Shown piece after piece: positions 1-15,808 of a DNA stretch of 64,000 bases. Position numbers and translations under genes: made by a program. Positions within the stretch are counted from its first letter, which is position 1, and each line of letters starts with the position of its first letter. The notes under the pieces were generated by a model. The model made no database searches. It had not been told where the DNA came from and was given only the letters and a program-made list of their open reading frames with translations. This stretch comes from the human T2T-CHM13v2.0 reference genome, Homo sapiens, in the NCBI RefSeq assembly GCF_009914755.1, contig NC_060934.1; one strand, given 5' to 3'.

Positions 1-8
1 ATAGGTCA
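1..8 (-). CDS. PKD2L1: PKD2L1 exon 3, first 8 nt (runs off the window)
   Basis: Minus strand ttgttttctag|TGACCTAT; the phase-1 join with exon 2 gives L-T-Y, continuing ...DICLLTYGM of polycystin-2-like 1. Confidence 0.9.
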
Positions 9-1145
9 CTAGAAAACAACCCAAGAGGCTATGTCCTTCTCACTGTTCCCCCAGAGGAGACAGGAAAGCCTATTGCCCTGGAGTCAGAGATGCTTCCAAG
101 ATGGAAGCCCATCCCCCATCTGGACCCATCCTCTAGACTTGGTTAGGAGCCTAATGGTGGCATGAGGAAGCCAGGAAATGCATTAGGAAAGGGTTGTAGC
201 TACAATGTCTCCTCCTCTTCTTCCAACCCACCTCAGAAAGACTGAACTCCACTCAGTAGTTGTCTTACATTGTTATTATAAAAATACACTTTTCTTTTCC
301 TGAACCAGCTTAACTTCCCAGTTCTTACTCCCCAGAGCAAAGATATTCCTGCCTTCTGCACTGTGTAGTGATTCCTTTTGTCTGCTTCCAAAAGGTAGTG
401 ATGCCTTTTGGAAAGTGCCCCCAAAGTCTAGAGTACTCCCTCTAGAGTTCAAGGCCTTGGCCAAACACCTTACAATAGAGATGTGGTCTCATGGCCCCTG
501 GTGTCAGTGGCTGTAGCCATGGGAGTGGCAGGTAGGCACAGCACCTCTGTCCCTGGCATGACTAGTACGATCAGATGGGCACAGTCATCTCCTGAGAGAG
601 CGACTCAGTGTTCCCAGATCAAAAAAGACCTAGGAGCAATCACCCTGTGATTCTCCCTGTGCACACATTGTGTGCAAGTTAAATTAAAAAAAAAAGACCT
701 GGACTTTACCCTGAAGAACTTGATCTCCCTCATGCACCCTAACACATCCATCCAGTCCCATGTGCCAGTAGGGCTGTAGGGAGCACTAAGTTTTGTTTAC
801 AAAGCAGGATTCTAAAAGTATAAGTCATTTATTTAACAGATTGTCCTTCAATTTAAGTTAGTCTAATGTTTTCTTATTTTTAAATTCGGTTATGCATTTT
901 TGGGAGGGATATCATAGAAGTGATACTGTGTCTTTCTCAGTGCATGATATCAGGAACTACACATTGCCTGTTCATCTCATTACTAGTGAGATTAACTTTG
1001 ATCTTTTGTTAAGGTGGTGTCTGCCAGTTTCTTCAACGTAAAATTACTGTTTTTCTTTTTGTAATTAATACGTGTTTTTGTGGGGAGACCCCTTTCAAAC
1101 TGTGTATTTTTTGCCTGATTATTACTAACATTGTCAAATGGTGAT

Positions 1146-2431
<1,286 letters not shown>

Positions 2432-2526
2432 TGATTTTTTAAAATTCCACAATTCCTTCTCCATTTATTAGTTGACATTCTCTTCAGAAGAGCTTTCCCT
2501 TATTCCTAATTCATGTATTCATGCAT

Positions 2527-2572
2527 ACACACACACACACACGCATACACACACACACACACACACACACAC
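2527..2572. repeat. Interrupted (CA)n microsatellite
   Basis: Direct observation. Confidence 0.95.
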
Positions 2573-3001
2573 ATATCAATTAGAACCTATGGATTCTTGG
2601 CAGCTTTTCTTCCCTATGGGTTATAATTTATTATTTATTTTGTTGCTCAGGTTTTTTTGGCCAGGAAATAAAAGGCAAAGAAAAACTAAAGAATTGTTCC
2701 AGGTTTGGCCAGGTGCAGTAACTCACACCTGTAATCCTAGCACTGTGGGTGGTGGAGGTGGGCGGATCACTTGAGCTCAGGAGTTCGAGACTAGCCTGGG
2801 CAATATAGCCAAACCTCATCTCTACAAAAAAAAAAAATTACAAAAATTACCCGGGCATGGTGTTGCATGCCTGTAATCCCAGCTGCTTGGGAGGCTGAGG
2901 CAGGAGGATCACTTAAGCCCAGGAGGCAGAGGTTGCAATGAGCCAAGATCATACCACTGGGTGACAAAGTGAGACTCTGTCCCCCAAAAAAAAAAAAAAT
3001 T

Positions 3002-3815
<814 letters not shown>

Positions 3816-5322
3816 TGAGCAATTCCCTTTAAGAATTTTCATTTTCAGATCTTGGGCCATATCTTCTCCCACTTCCTCATCTGGAAGGCGAATGATCACG
3901 GATTGGGCACTAACATTATACTTTTTCAGGGGGAAAAAATGGCAAAGAAGGAAACATTATTATTCACATTTCCCCATTCCACACTGTTAAGTCCAAGATA
4001 TGGCTTTACTTCTAACTCAAATCTGTGATTACTTGTCATTAGTTATTTGGACTCAATTTTTCTGGATGTGAAAATGGGGTCCCGCTGGAAATCAAACTTC
4101 TGTGTGCGGAAAGCCCATCACAGTTACAACTGATAGCAAGCTGAACCTTTCCTAATGAAGCAGGTTGGCTAAATTGTCACATCTTCTGAGTAGCCACTAG
4201 GTGGTACTCATTGCTACAGCTTTTCCTCTTTTCCAATTCGGAGAATTAACATTGCTCGGAGAAATAACATTGCCCGTCAACTATTTATGGATGCATAATA
4301 TCTCTGATTATTATACAAGGCAGTAAATATTACACGTCTTCTGAGAAAAATGGCTTGACCTGGTAAAATGCCTATTGACAGGCAGAAATTCAGTATTCGC
4401 TATTTGTAACTTTTTAAATTGAAGTGCATAGGTACAGAAAAGAGCAAGAAGCAACCTTAAAAATTTTCTAAATTAGAATCTAAATTTGGTTTAGTACCTA
4501 TTCAACACTCTCTCCCCATACAAACACTCTTTCTCCCTCATTAATTCTTACATCTGTGAATTTTGTACTCCATCCCATGAGATGAGGGGTACTTTCCCAC
4601 CATTTTATGAAACCCAAACCGAGTATTTCTAATACCTCCGATGTTCATAGTTAGTAGCCCATATTATCAGCCTATCAACCTGAATTATTCTAAAAACACA
4701 TTTTATATTCATTAAACAAACATTATTCAAATTCTACAATGTATAAAATACCTTGCTAGGTGTCACGGTTTCTTTTATCTTTATCTTTTCTTTTCCTTTT
4801 TTTGAGACAGGGTCTTGCTGTGTTGCCCAGGCTGGAGTGGGGTGGCACTATCATAGCTCACTGCAGCCTCAAACCTCCTGGGGTCAAGTGATCCTCCCAT
4901 CTCAGCCTCCTGAGTAGCTGGGACCACAAGTGCATGCCACCCCTTTTTAAATTTTGTGTAGAGACAAGGTCTCACTATGTTGCCCAGGCTGGTCCTGAAC
5001 TCCTGAACTCAAGCTGACCTCCGCTGTTAGCCTCCCAAAGTGTTGGAATCATAGGCGTGAGCCACCATGACCAGCAGTGTCATGGTTTCTATCCTTAAAA
5101 AGTTCTATTGAGGAAGACGTGTCCCAGAATGAACTTGATGTAGCAGAATGAGCATGAGCACTGCAGCCAGACAGATCTAGGTTCAAATCCCAGCTCTGCC
5201 ACTTACAGTATAGACTTGGGCTCTGAGTCTCAGCTTTCTCATCTGTAAAACTGGGAATATAATACCTTTTAGGCAACTCAATAAGTAGTTGAGTAGCTTC
5301 CCAATAAGTGTTTGTTGGTTGA

Positions 5323-5586
<264 letters not shown>

Positions 5587-6129
5587 TAGAGACAGGGGTT
5601 TCACCATGTTGACCAGGCTGGTCTCGAACTCCTGACCTCAAATTATCCACTTGCCTTGGCCTCCCAAAGTGCTGGGATTACAGGCTTGCACCACCACACC
5701 CGGCCAAGTGAATCAATTTCAAACTGAGTAAAGCATCATTAATCCATGTTTGACCCATCACAGCAATGTCATCAAAATAGTCAAGGACAACTTATATTTA
5801 GTAAATGTTGGAAAGAGGCTGGAATATTCCTTAGTCCAAAGAGAACAATACATTCATTCAAGTCTTGGGTAAGAGAAATAAAGCCAGTCCTTGATTGACC
5901 TAGCAAGCAAGCACAGTTTACCAGGAACCCCTCCCTACACAGCGTGAAGGTAGAAATGGTGCTGGCAGAACTCAGTCTCTCTAATAAGTCATCCGTCGAG
6001 AGCATCAGATGGGCATCAGGCATGGAGGCTGCAGGAATCTGAATCTAAAAGCAGGGCAGAGGAAGCCCAGGGTTGTACATGGGGTGATGATTTGGCTCAT
6101 GTGTCTTTCTCCCCTTTTCTTAACCCACC

Positions 6130-6550
6130 GATGATAAGCAAACTTTAGCATGCATCAGAATCACCTGGAAGGCTTTTTAAAACACAAATTGCTGGCCAAG
6201 TACAGGGCTCACTCGTATAATCCCAGCACTTTGAGAGGCTGATGCAGGTGGATCACTTGAGTCCAGGAGTTCGATATCAGCCTGGGCAACGTGGCAAGAT
6301 CCTGTTTCTACAAAAAAAATACATAAATTAGCCGGGCATGGTGGTGTGCACCTGGGGTCCCAGCTACTCGGTGAGAGATGAGAGGTCAAGGCTGCAGTGA
6401 GCCAAGATCATCTCAAAAAACAAAAACAAAAACAAACCAACCCCTAAAAAACATGGATTGCTATAGGTTTAGGTGGGGCTCAACAATTTGCATTTCTAAT
6501 AAGTTCCAAAGTGATACTCGTGGTCATGGGACCACACTTTGAGAACTGCT
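6130..6550. mobile_element. MER5A-like hAT MITE interrupted by an Alu
   Basis: catcagaatcacctggaaggct...tttgcatttctaataagttcc...accacactttgagaac. Confidence 0.75.
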
Positions 6551-7695
6551 GCCTTGACCTGTTGCAATCAGACAAGCAATCAGTCCTACTTGTCTTCAAT
6601 AGAAATGTCAAGAAGGCAGTGGGTTTCCCAGTATCTATTTTGGTGATTCCAAAATAGAGAGTAGAAAGAGAAAAAAGCTTCCAGAGGGCTCTCAGAACTT
6701 CCCAGGGATCTCAAGATGACTTACAAACTACACAGAACACTTAGGACACCTGCTTCCCACTCCAGGGGAAAATCACTGAGTTCACTGTCCATGTGAACCA
6801 CTGGTAGTTATGTAAGGGGATCACATCCCTCGGGTGCATTATTGCAGAAGAAAACTGAAAACAACTTAATGGGTCGGGCGCAATGGCTCACACCTGTAAT
6901 CCCAGCACTTTGAGAGGCCAAAGCGAGTGGACTACTTGAGACAGGAGTTTGACACCAGCCCGGGCAACATGGCGAAACTCTTTCTCTGCTGAAAATACAA
7001 AAATTGGGTGTGTTGGCACACACCTGTAGTCCCAGCTACTCGGGGGACTGAGGCAGGAAGATCACCCGAGCCTTAGGAGATCAAGGCTGCAGTGAGTCAT
7101 GATCGTGCCACTGCCCTCCAGCCTGGGCGAGAGAGTGAGACCCTGTCAAAAAAAAAAAAAAAAAAGAAAGAGAGAGAAAGAAAGAAAGAAAAAACAAAAA
7201 CAAAAAACTTGATGATCTTTCCTGGTGTTTCCCTCCCCCTACATCCCCACTAGTTTCTATTCTCTTCAGGTAATAAGTATCGTAGTTTGACTCTACAGTC
7301 AAGAACCAGCCTGTTTAACTGGAACGCCTGGTTCAAAGATTTCCGAATCTGACAGAGGCTCAACATATCCATTTCATCATCACCCTTCTCCAAATCAGGA
7401 GAAAGAAAGGACAAGACTAGACACCTATTGCCTCAAAACACCTATTACGTGTCCTGTGTTAAGTGCTTGACATGCTTATTTCATTTAATCCTACTACAGC
7501 CTTATGCGGTGGGTGCCAATATTATCCATGCTTTCCAGTTTTGGAGAGTTTAAGTAAGTTGCCCAAGGAAAACAACTAATGGAGCCAGGATTAAAATGCA
7601 AATCTGTCTGCCTCCATAGTAGACCGATTGTGTATCACTCCCAGAATTATCCCAAGAGATACATGTTACAGAGGGTGGCCAAGTCCAGTGGGTCA

Positions 7696-7990
<295 letters not shown>

Positions 7991-8609
7991 CTACATAAAA
8001 GGCAGTCCTTCTTCACCACTAGTACTTTCAATTATGAAATGGGCCACTTCACAAACATCCTTTTCACCACTGGGCGTGTCAGCAAAGGATTGTCAGCTGA
8101 AGATCATCTGAGGCTCACATGGAGGGGGTTCTAGGGCTGGCCTTCCCAGCTCCTTTCTGTAAGATACAGTAAAAGAGTGGAATTGCCCTTTGTATTTCAT
8201 AAGGTGACACTAGACCAGAGTGGGGAATGAGTCAGGATTTGACTCAGTATGTCAAATGCCAGTACGTCACTACCATTTTAAGGCAGAAATGGGCTCATTC
8301 CAGGAAATCTTTGGAGACTGGATGATAACTACATGAGAATGTGCGAAGGGGTTTCAGAGACTAGGTGATGGTTTCATGTCAAATGTAGAGAGTATCTGAT
8401 TTTTTTTTTCTTGGACAGAAATTAAATTCTTCTGTACACACTATATCATGCTTCTTAATCTTGTTCTCAGATCAAATTCACAATTGCTCAATAATAACAA
8501 CAACCACCATTATTGATACATTATTCACCAGGCTTTATATACATTTTCTCCCAGGATCCTGAAAAATACCAATAAAATAGGAATTACCATCTCCATTTTA
8601 TACAGATAA

Positions 8610-8975
<366 letters not shown>

Positions 8976-9769
8976 TTATAACTTGGATTCAAACTCAAAT
9001 CTGCCTTACTCCAAAAGCCGTGATTTAACCACTATTCTACACTACACTAATATACCATGCTATCACCCTAACACCCTAAATCCTTCTGATTAAGGATTCT
9101 GACTCTCCTTTCAAAATTCCTTCCAAATAGTTAGGATTGTGCAAGTCTATAAGATGTCCTTATAAGCAAACTCTGTTTTAAGAGTTTAATAACTGAGTCT
9201 GAAGGTGAATTGCAAAAGCACTTGTTAAACTCAAAAGATCACCGTCTTGAAAGAAGCTCCATTCTGGTGTAAAATGAATAACAGTATCTAAATCTGTATC
9301 AGGAACCATATGCTGACACAGATAAGTCCCAAGGAAGGAAAAAGTCACATGCACAAAAATGATACCTGGGTTATTTATAACATCAAAAAAAAATGCAAAC
9401 AACCTAAAAATCTTACAGAGACAATTATTAAGTAAATTATGAGATCACTGAGTCACTTAATGGAATATGATACAGTCATCGAAATAGTAACAAAAACAAT
9501 GCAAAACTGTATCCATACAATGATTGTATCCATAAAATGAAAATTATTTTGAAAACACTAAGTGTAAAAACTTGAAGGAAAAACTGACTTTTTAAAAACC
9601 AGTGGTTTAATAGCTGGATTTTCTTTCTTTTCATTCTCATGGATATTCTTATACTATAATAATAGTAAAACAATATAAAAATTATAAAATCATTAAAAAA
9701 ATTTTTTGTCTGTATGTTTCCAAGTTATAGGCTGAAGTTTCCAGGTGCTGGATGCTGTACTGACTTTGC

Positions 9770-10260
9770 TATTGCTTCATTAAGATCTGTTCCCTCCTCT
9801 CTTGGCTAATACCATGATTTTATATGAGGTATCACACCTCTCTGGATCATCTCACATATGTTGGCAGAAGCTAAATCCAACCCTGGCTATAGGACTTGGA
9901 CAAGCAGTTCAGGCCAGAGCAAATCTGCAGAGACTCCTCCCTTAGCACAATTTACAGGTTCAGGGATGACCTTGTAACCCATTTCAGGTCAAGGAGTCAT
10001 AAAAAGAGATTTCTGGAACCTTTGGTGATCTTCTCTTTTCTACTAGATGTGAATGAGAAAGCCCCAGAAGAGTCAGCCTTAGGATGAAACTGATTGTGCC
10101 CCTGGCAAAACTGAGTAACAGAAACAGACAGATCCTTGACAATGTCATTAAGGCACTAGCTTGATCAGCCCTGAACCCTGCAATAAATCCCATTACCCAG
10201 ACAATAAATCCCATTATGGTTGAAGCCAGTTTTCGTTGGGTTGTCCTTCATTGTAACATA
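9770..10260 (+). mobile_element. Old ERVL/MaLR-type LTR fragment
   Basis: 3' end aataaatccc...gaagccagttttcgttgggtt...tgtaaca typical of MLT1/LTR16-type LTRs. Confidence 0.5.
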
Positions 10261-10950
10261 GTCCTTACTTATATGGCAACCATAGCATTTCCAAAAAGGT
10301 TGCACCATTTCTGAGGAAAAGAGAGCTAGAAAAGAGGGCAGCAAGCCCAGCGCAGTGGCTCACACCTGTAATCTCAGAAATTTGGGAGGCCAAGGCGGGA
10401 GGATTGCTTGAGTACAGGAGTTCAAGACCACCCTGGGCAACAGGGTGAGACCCCATTTCTACAAAAAGAGAAAAAATTAGCTGGATGTGGTGGCACACAT
10501 CTGTAGCCCCAGCTACTCGGGGAGGCTGAGGCAGGAGGGTGCTTGAGCCCAGGAGGCTGAGGCTGCACCACCATGAGCTGTGTATGCGCCACCACACTCC
10601 AGTCTGGGTGACAGAACAAGACTCTGTCTCAAACAACAAACAAACAAACAAACAAACAAAAAGCAAAAAGAGGGCAATGGATGCCAAAACCTACATTAAT
10701 TAAAATACATTCTTATCCAATATTAAAAGGGGCTTGCTGAGCAAGTCAACTGATGATGATATTCTAAAAACATGCCTATCATTAAGTCCTCAGGCTCTTC
10801 AAGTTTTATTTCTGGGTAAAGCAACATCTCTAAAATACCATGAAAAATGTATATTATATACACACACATTTATACATGTGTGTGCAGGCACACACGCACA
10901 CACACACACTTCTCCTAAAATTGCCCTTATAAAATGAGTATTTAATATGA

Positions 10951-11425
<475 letters not shown>

Positions 11426-13439
11426 TAACTGGTGTGCTTTTTTCTTGCTCAGCAATGAGAACTATGAAACCTATTTGAGTTTTCTTCTTCGCTTTGGCCA
11501 CTAGGAACCTCAGGCTTTGTTATCATTTGCAGTACTCTTGTTTAATCTAGAGTGTTCTGGTACACGTTTTTTTCCTCTTCTAACCTTTTCCCACTTGTTT
11601 TGCTAGGTCGTTCTTAATTGTAGTTCTAACAGGCTATATTTTACTGTATCTGCACTTTTTAACATGAGCTCTGATCCCTTTTAGACATAGGTGGGGCATA
11701 AATGTATTGTTATTGAAGAAGTATGACTAATAATTATTATTAATCATTAACGTCATGAGCTTGGGTAATAACCAAATTTTATCCACTCCTATGTTTACAG
11801 TAGAGACTGAATATTCTTGTGCTTTCTTTTGAACTGCTGGAAGACCTGCCCAGCTCAGAGCAGTAAGAAGTCACCAGTGCTGACTTCAGTCGGAAACTTT
11901 GTACATCTCCTTTCCCAGGTGATTGCCATATAGGCCATCGTATGCTACTGAGCTTCTTCCCTGCCCCTAATATGTGATATGTGATGGAACACAGTTGTCC
12001 TTTCCAACAACACTCTCCCTGGGAAGGAATGGGATCCCTTCCCTCAACTTGTTGACAAAGAATATCAGAGGTCTGGGGTGCGTCTGCCAGTAAGTGTACA
12101 TAGTTCCTTTACATGTCTATACTAGTCGAACACATAAAGGAACTATTATATATACACTTTTTTTGACACTCAAAAGTCAACTGTTCCTTCCTAACCTGGA
12201 TAGCTCTGAAGAGAAGCATTAAGGATGCTTCTCTAGAAATCTGGGGATGTCTTCCACCCCCATTCCCTCCCCTGACAGTCACTCCTCTTGGGCAATTCCT
12301 CCTTCCATTATCTTTGCTGCTATCCCACCACATATTCTGGTGAATGTTATTGGGTCATTCCAAGTTGGATTCCAAATAGTTCATGTGTCTTAAGACAGAG
12401 AGTAGGCAGAGGAAAGTAGGAACCTGGAAATGAGGGAAGGGTTAGATCCTCAGGGTATACACTGAAGGTTGTTGAAACCGTGCATTTCATATCAGTGTGT
12501 CTACAGAGACTACAACTGAGAGAACTAGATTCACTCACATCTGCTTCAGTAATGAAGTCTATGAGCATTATTAAGCTTTTTAGGGCTTAGGTTCAGAAGA
12601 TTCTGGTTCTAGAGAACCTATGACACATGGCCAGTTTCTTCTTGGGAAATTAGATTCAGAGCCAAAAGCTTTTATGAGTTGCTGTTGAAGGAAAAACAAA
12701 CAGACTGATGATGATTATTCTGGAAAAATGGAAATGAATCCAAGATCCTGTTAGTGATCCCCCTGAAGTTTCTAGTAGCTCTGAGATCTTAGCCCAGCTG
12801 GAAGAATAGACCTATAGATACTTGTCCATGCTGAATCAATATAATAGAGTCTCTCAGCGGATGGAATACTGAAATCAGATACCTAGAAGACTGGAGATAG
12901 GAGTAGAGGACAGGGCATAAGGCAATCAAACAAGGAGGCTGCTGGAACTTCCCTGTTCTATTCCATTCTGAATGCAGAATCCAGGGAGAGCAAAGCAATT
13001 GATTCTTATGGATTCAGTATGGCTTTAGCTGATGGCTTGTAAATTCTCATGTGGTTTCAGAATTGCATAAAGAGTTTACGAAGACAGCAATCAAACCAGG
13101 AAGTCAACAGTCCTGAGGAAGATGAAGAGTCTTCTTCTCTAGAGTCATCCTGGAAAAATACGGCCCCCTAGATAGCATTGCTTCTGTGTGGCCCAGAAAC
13201 CTCGAGACATAGCATGAACTTCAGTTAATGTCATAAGAGATAAGGTAACATTTCTGCAGCTATGGTCTCTGCGAAGGAGGGCACACTGTTTCAAAAGAGC
13301 TGAAGACACCAACTGTAGTAAAACGTAAAAGTCCTGTCTTTGTACAGGGATTTTTCTGGCTGATGAGGCAGCGGTGATTCCACACGCTCCTGTAGAAGGT
13401 TACAGAGGAAGAGTTGCACTTGCTCTTACTGTCCTTCTT

Positions 13440-14200
13440 TGAGCTATTTTGCTCAAGATCTCCCAGAGACTGGTCATTTTGGAAAAACTAAAGCTACAAA
13501 GAGTATACTAGTGCTGAGACCCGGAGACTTTTTGCTGCCTAAATCTAGCTGAACCAAAAAAATGTATTTAGTGCTAGAAACCAAGGAAGCCTGAGAAGAG
13601 TAGCCCTTGTTAAAAGGTGCCCAAGCTGGAGTCTTTGAACATATGGACCCAGAAAAGACAGGAAACCAGGCAGGAAAAACCTAGTGATTACATACACAAG
13701 GGGTCACCCCAATTGGATTGCCAGTTTCATGCACTGTCTTAACAAATGATAAGGGAGCGGTAACTAAGTTAATAGAGTTGGTAATTAGTGATTTTACTAT
13801 ACAGAAGTCCTGGCTTTTACCTGTAATTGTGCAGTATAAGCTACCTGGATCAATAAGATTCTGTGAGGATTACAGGATAATCAACACCATGACCGAACCA
13901 TATGTTCATCCAATGCCAATAATCGATTCTCTCTGGAGTTACTGGGTCTACCCTCAACATTTTGAGGAGTGCAAACAGTTTTCATTTATTTGAGTTATAT
14001 CTATCTACCCTCAATAGACCCTTTAACTCCAGAGAGAATTGATTACTGGCATTGGTTCAATAACCAATCAATAATTCATCATTGTTTCATGAAGTGTTGC
14101 AAAATAAAGGCCATCCAAGAAGACTTTACGCAGACAGATTTGGTCACCCCAGAGAGATACATCACCTTCTTTACCAAGGGCTTTCTCTCTCAGTACACAA
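13440..14200 (+). mobile_element. Decayed Gypsy (Gmr1-type) pol fossil B, IN zinc finger then RT N-half, internally deleted
   Basis: AQDLPETGHFGKTKATKSIL (13451-13510), CI*C (13563-13574), KPGRKNL (13663), SWLLPVIVQYKLPGSIRFCEDYRIINTMTEPYVHPMPIIDSL, TDLVTPE (about 14134-14154). Confidence 0.8.
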
Positions 14201-15043
14201 CAGGAGGCTCTCAAATGGTTCCATATAAAGGGAAATCATATTTAAGTAATTAATAGTTGCTTGATTTATAAACAATTTATTTGTAGGTAATTTTTTCATT
14301 TTAGTAATAGAGATGGGGCTTTGCTAGGTTGCCCAGGCTGGTCTTAAACTCCTGGACACAAGCAATCCTCCCACAGACTGCTGGGATTACAGGCGTGAAC
14401 CACCATGACTTGCCTGCAAATAATTTAAACAGAAACTATGTTATCACCACTTGGAAGGGTATGAAATTCCTGAAACACCTTTATCAAACTTTTCCTGGGG
14501 TTCAAGAACCAAAAGTGGAAAATATGATTCCCTGGAGTTCCCAGCAGGGAGAGCCCTTTAAAAAAAAATCTCAAGAAGCCATAGGCTTGTACCCAGAACA
14601 GGAAGACATGGAAAAGCCTGTGAGACAAAGGACCAGGGAGAAAAGAAGAGGAGTCAAAAGCTGTGGGCAGAGGTAGGCGAGAAGAAAGCAAAACAGACCA
14701 GTGCCTGGGGAGAGAGAAGAGAGAGAAGGAAGCAGGCACGGGGACAGCCAGTCCAGGACCGAGAAGTATCCAGCAAGAAGCACTGTTTCTGATCCTGGGC
14801 TTCTCTGCAGTGTGATTTATCTTTCACAAAGTGCATCCAGAGATCCTCCTTCACTGACTTTATTGCCATTAGCCATCAGCACTTTAGGGGAGCCTCCTAT
14901 ACTACATTTATCACAATCAGCGGACGTTCCACCTCACAGACGGCATTGCTGTTGACTTTACACATCCTTCTAGTGTAAACCAACAGAAGCTTCTTTATCT
15001 AAAATTCATGTATATTTATATATGTCTAGAAAACAATTGAAAT

Positions 15044-15362
15044 GGGCCGGGTGCGCTGGCTAGCCTGTAATCCCAGCACTTTGGGAGGCTGAGGTGGGTG
15101 GGGATCACCCAAGGTCAGGAGTTCAAGACCAGCCTGGCCAACATGGTGAAACCCCATCTCTACTAAAAATACAAAAATTAGCCAGGCGTGTTGGTGTGAG
15201 CCTGTAGTCTCAGCTACTCCAGAGGCTAAGGCAGAAAAGAAAGAAAGAAAGAAAGAAGGAAGGAAGGAAGGAAGGAAGGAAGGAAGGAAGGAAGGAAGGG
15301 AAGGGAAGGGAAGGGAAGGGAAGGGAAGGGAAGGGAAGGGAAGGGAAGGGAAGGGAAGGGAA
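15044..15362 (+). repeat. Truncated Alu running into (AAAG)n(AAGG)n(AAGGG)13
   Basis: Alu 15044-15232; purine tract 15235-15362; AAGGG units at 15296-15360. Confidence 0.95.
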
Positions 15363-15423
15363 GAGAAAACAGTTGAAATGATTATATACCAAACTAGGAA
15401 CAGTGATTACTGAGAGGGATTTT

Positions 15424-15808
15424 TTATTTTGTTTTATTTTATTTTACTTTAAGTTCTGGGGTACATGTGCAGAACGTGCAGGTTTGTTACATAGGTATAC
15501 ATGTGCCACGGTGGTTTGCTGCACCTATCAACCCGTCATCTAGGTTTTAAGCCCAGGTTTGTCACATAGGTATACATGTGCCATGGTGGTTTGCTGCACC
15601 TATCGACTCATCATCTAGGTTTTAAGACCTGCACGCATTAGATATTTGTCCTAATCCTCTCCCTCCCCTTGCCCCCTACCCCGTGACAGGCCTGGGTGTG
15701 TGTTGTTCCCCTCCCTGTGTCCATGTATTCTCGTTGTTCAACTTCCACTTATGAGTGAGAACATGCGATGTTTGGTTTTCTGTTCCTGTGTTAGTTTGCT
15801 GAGAATGA
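15424..15808 (-). mobile_element. 5'-truncated L1PA (L1PA7/8-like) 3' end with a 75-bp internal duplication
   Basis: ttaagttctggggtacatgtgcagaacgtgcagg...; TSD AGAGGGATTTT at 15413-15423 and 15809-15819. Confidence 0.9.

Noticed and set aside
5781-6023. RT-like ORF as a domesticated protein-coding gene
   Set aside because: It is frameshifted from YFDD, surrounded by stops and insertions, and has no evident promoter or splice structure.
13910-14055. Hairpin as a pre-miRNA or MITE
   Set aside because: The loop is too large for Drosha/Dicer, and the left arm is native Gypsy RT sequence rather than a terminal inverted repeat with TSD; a repair scar fits better.
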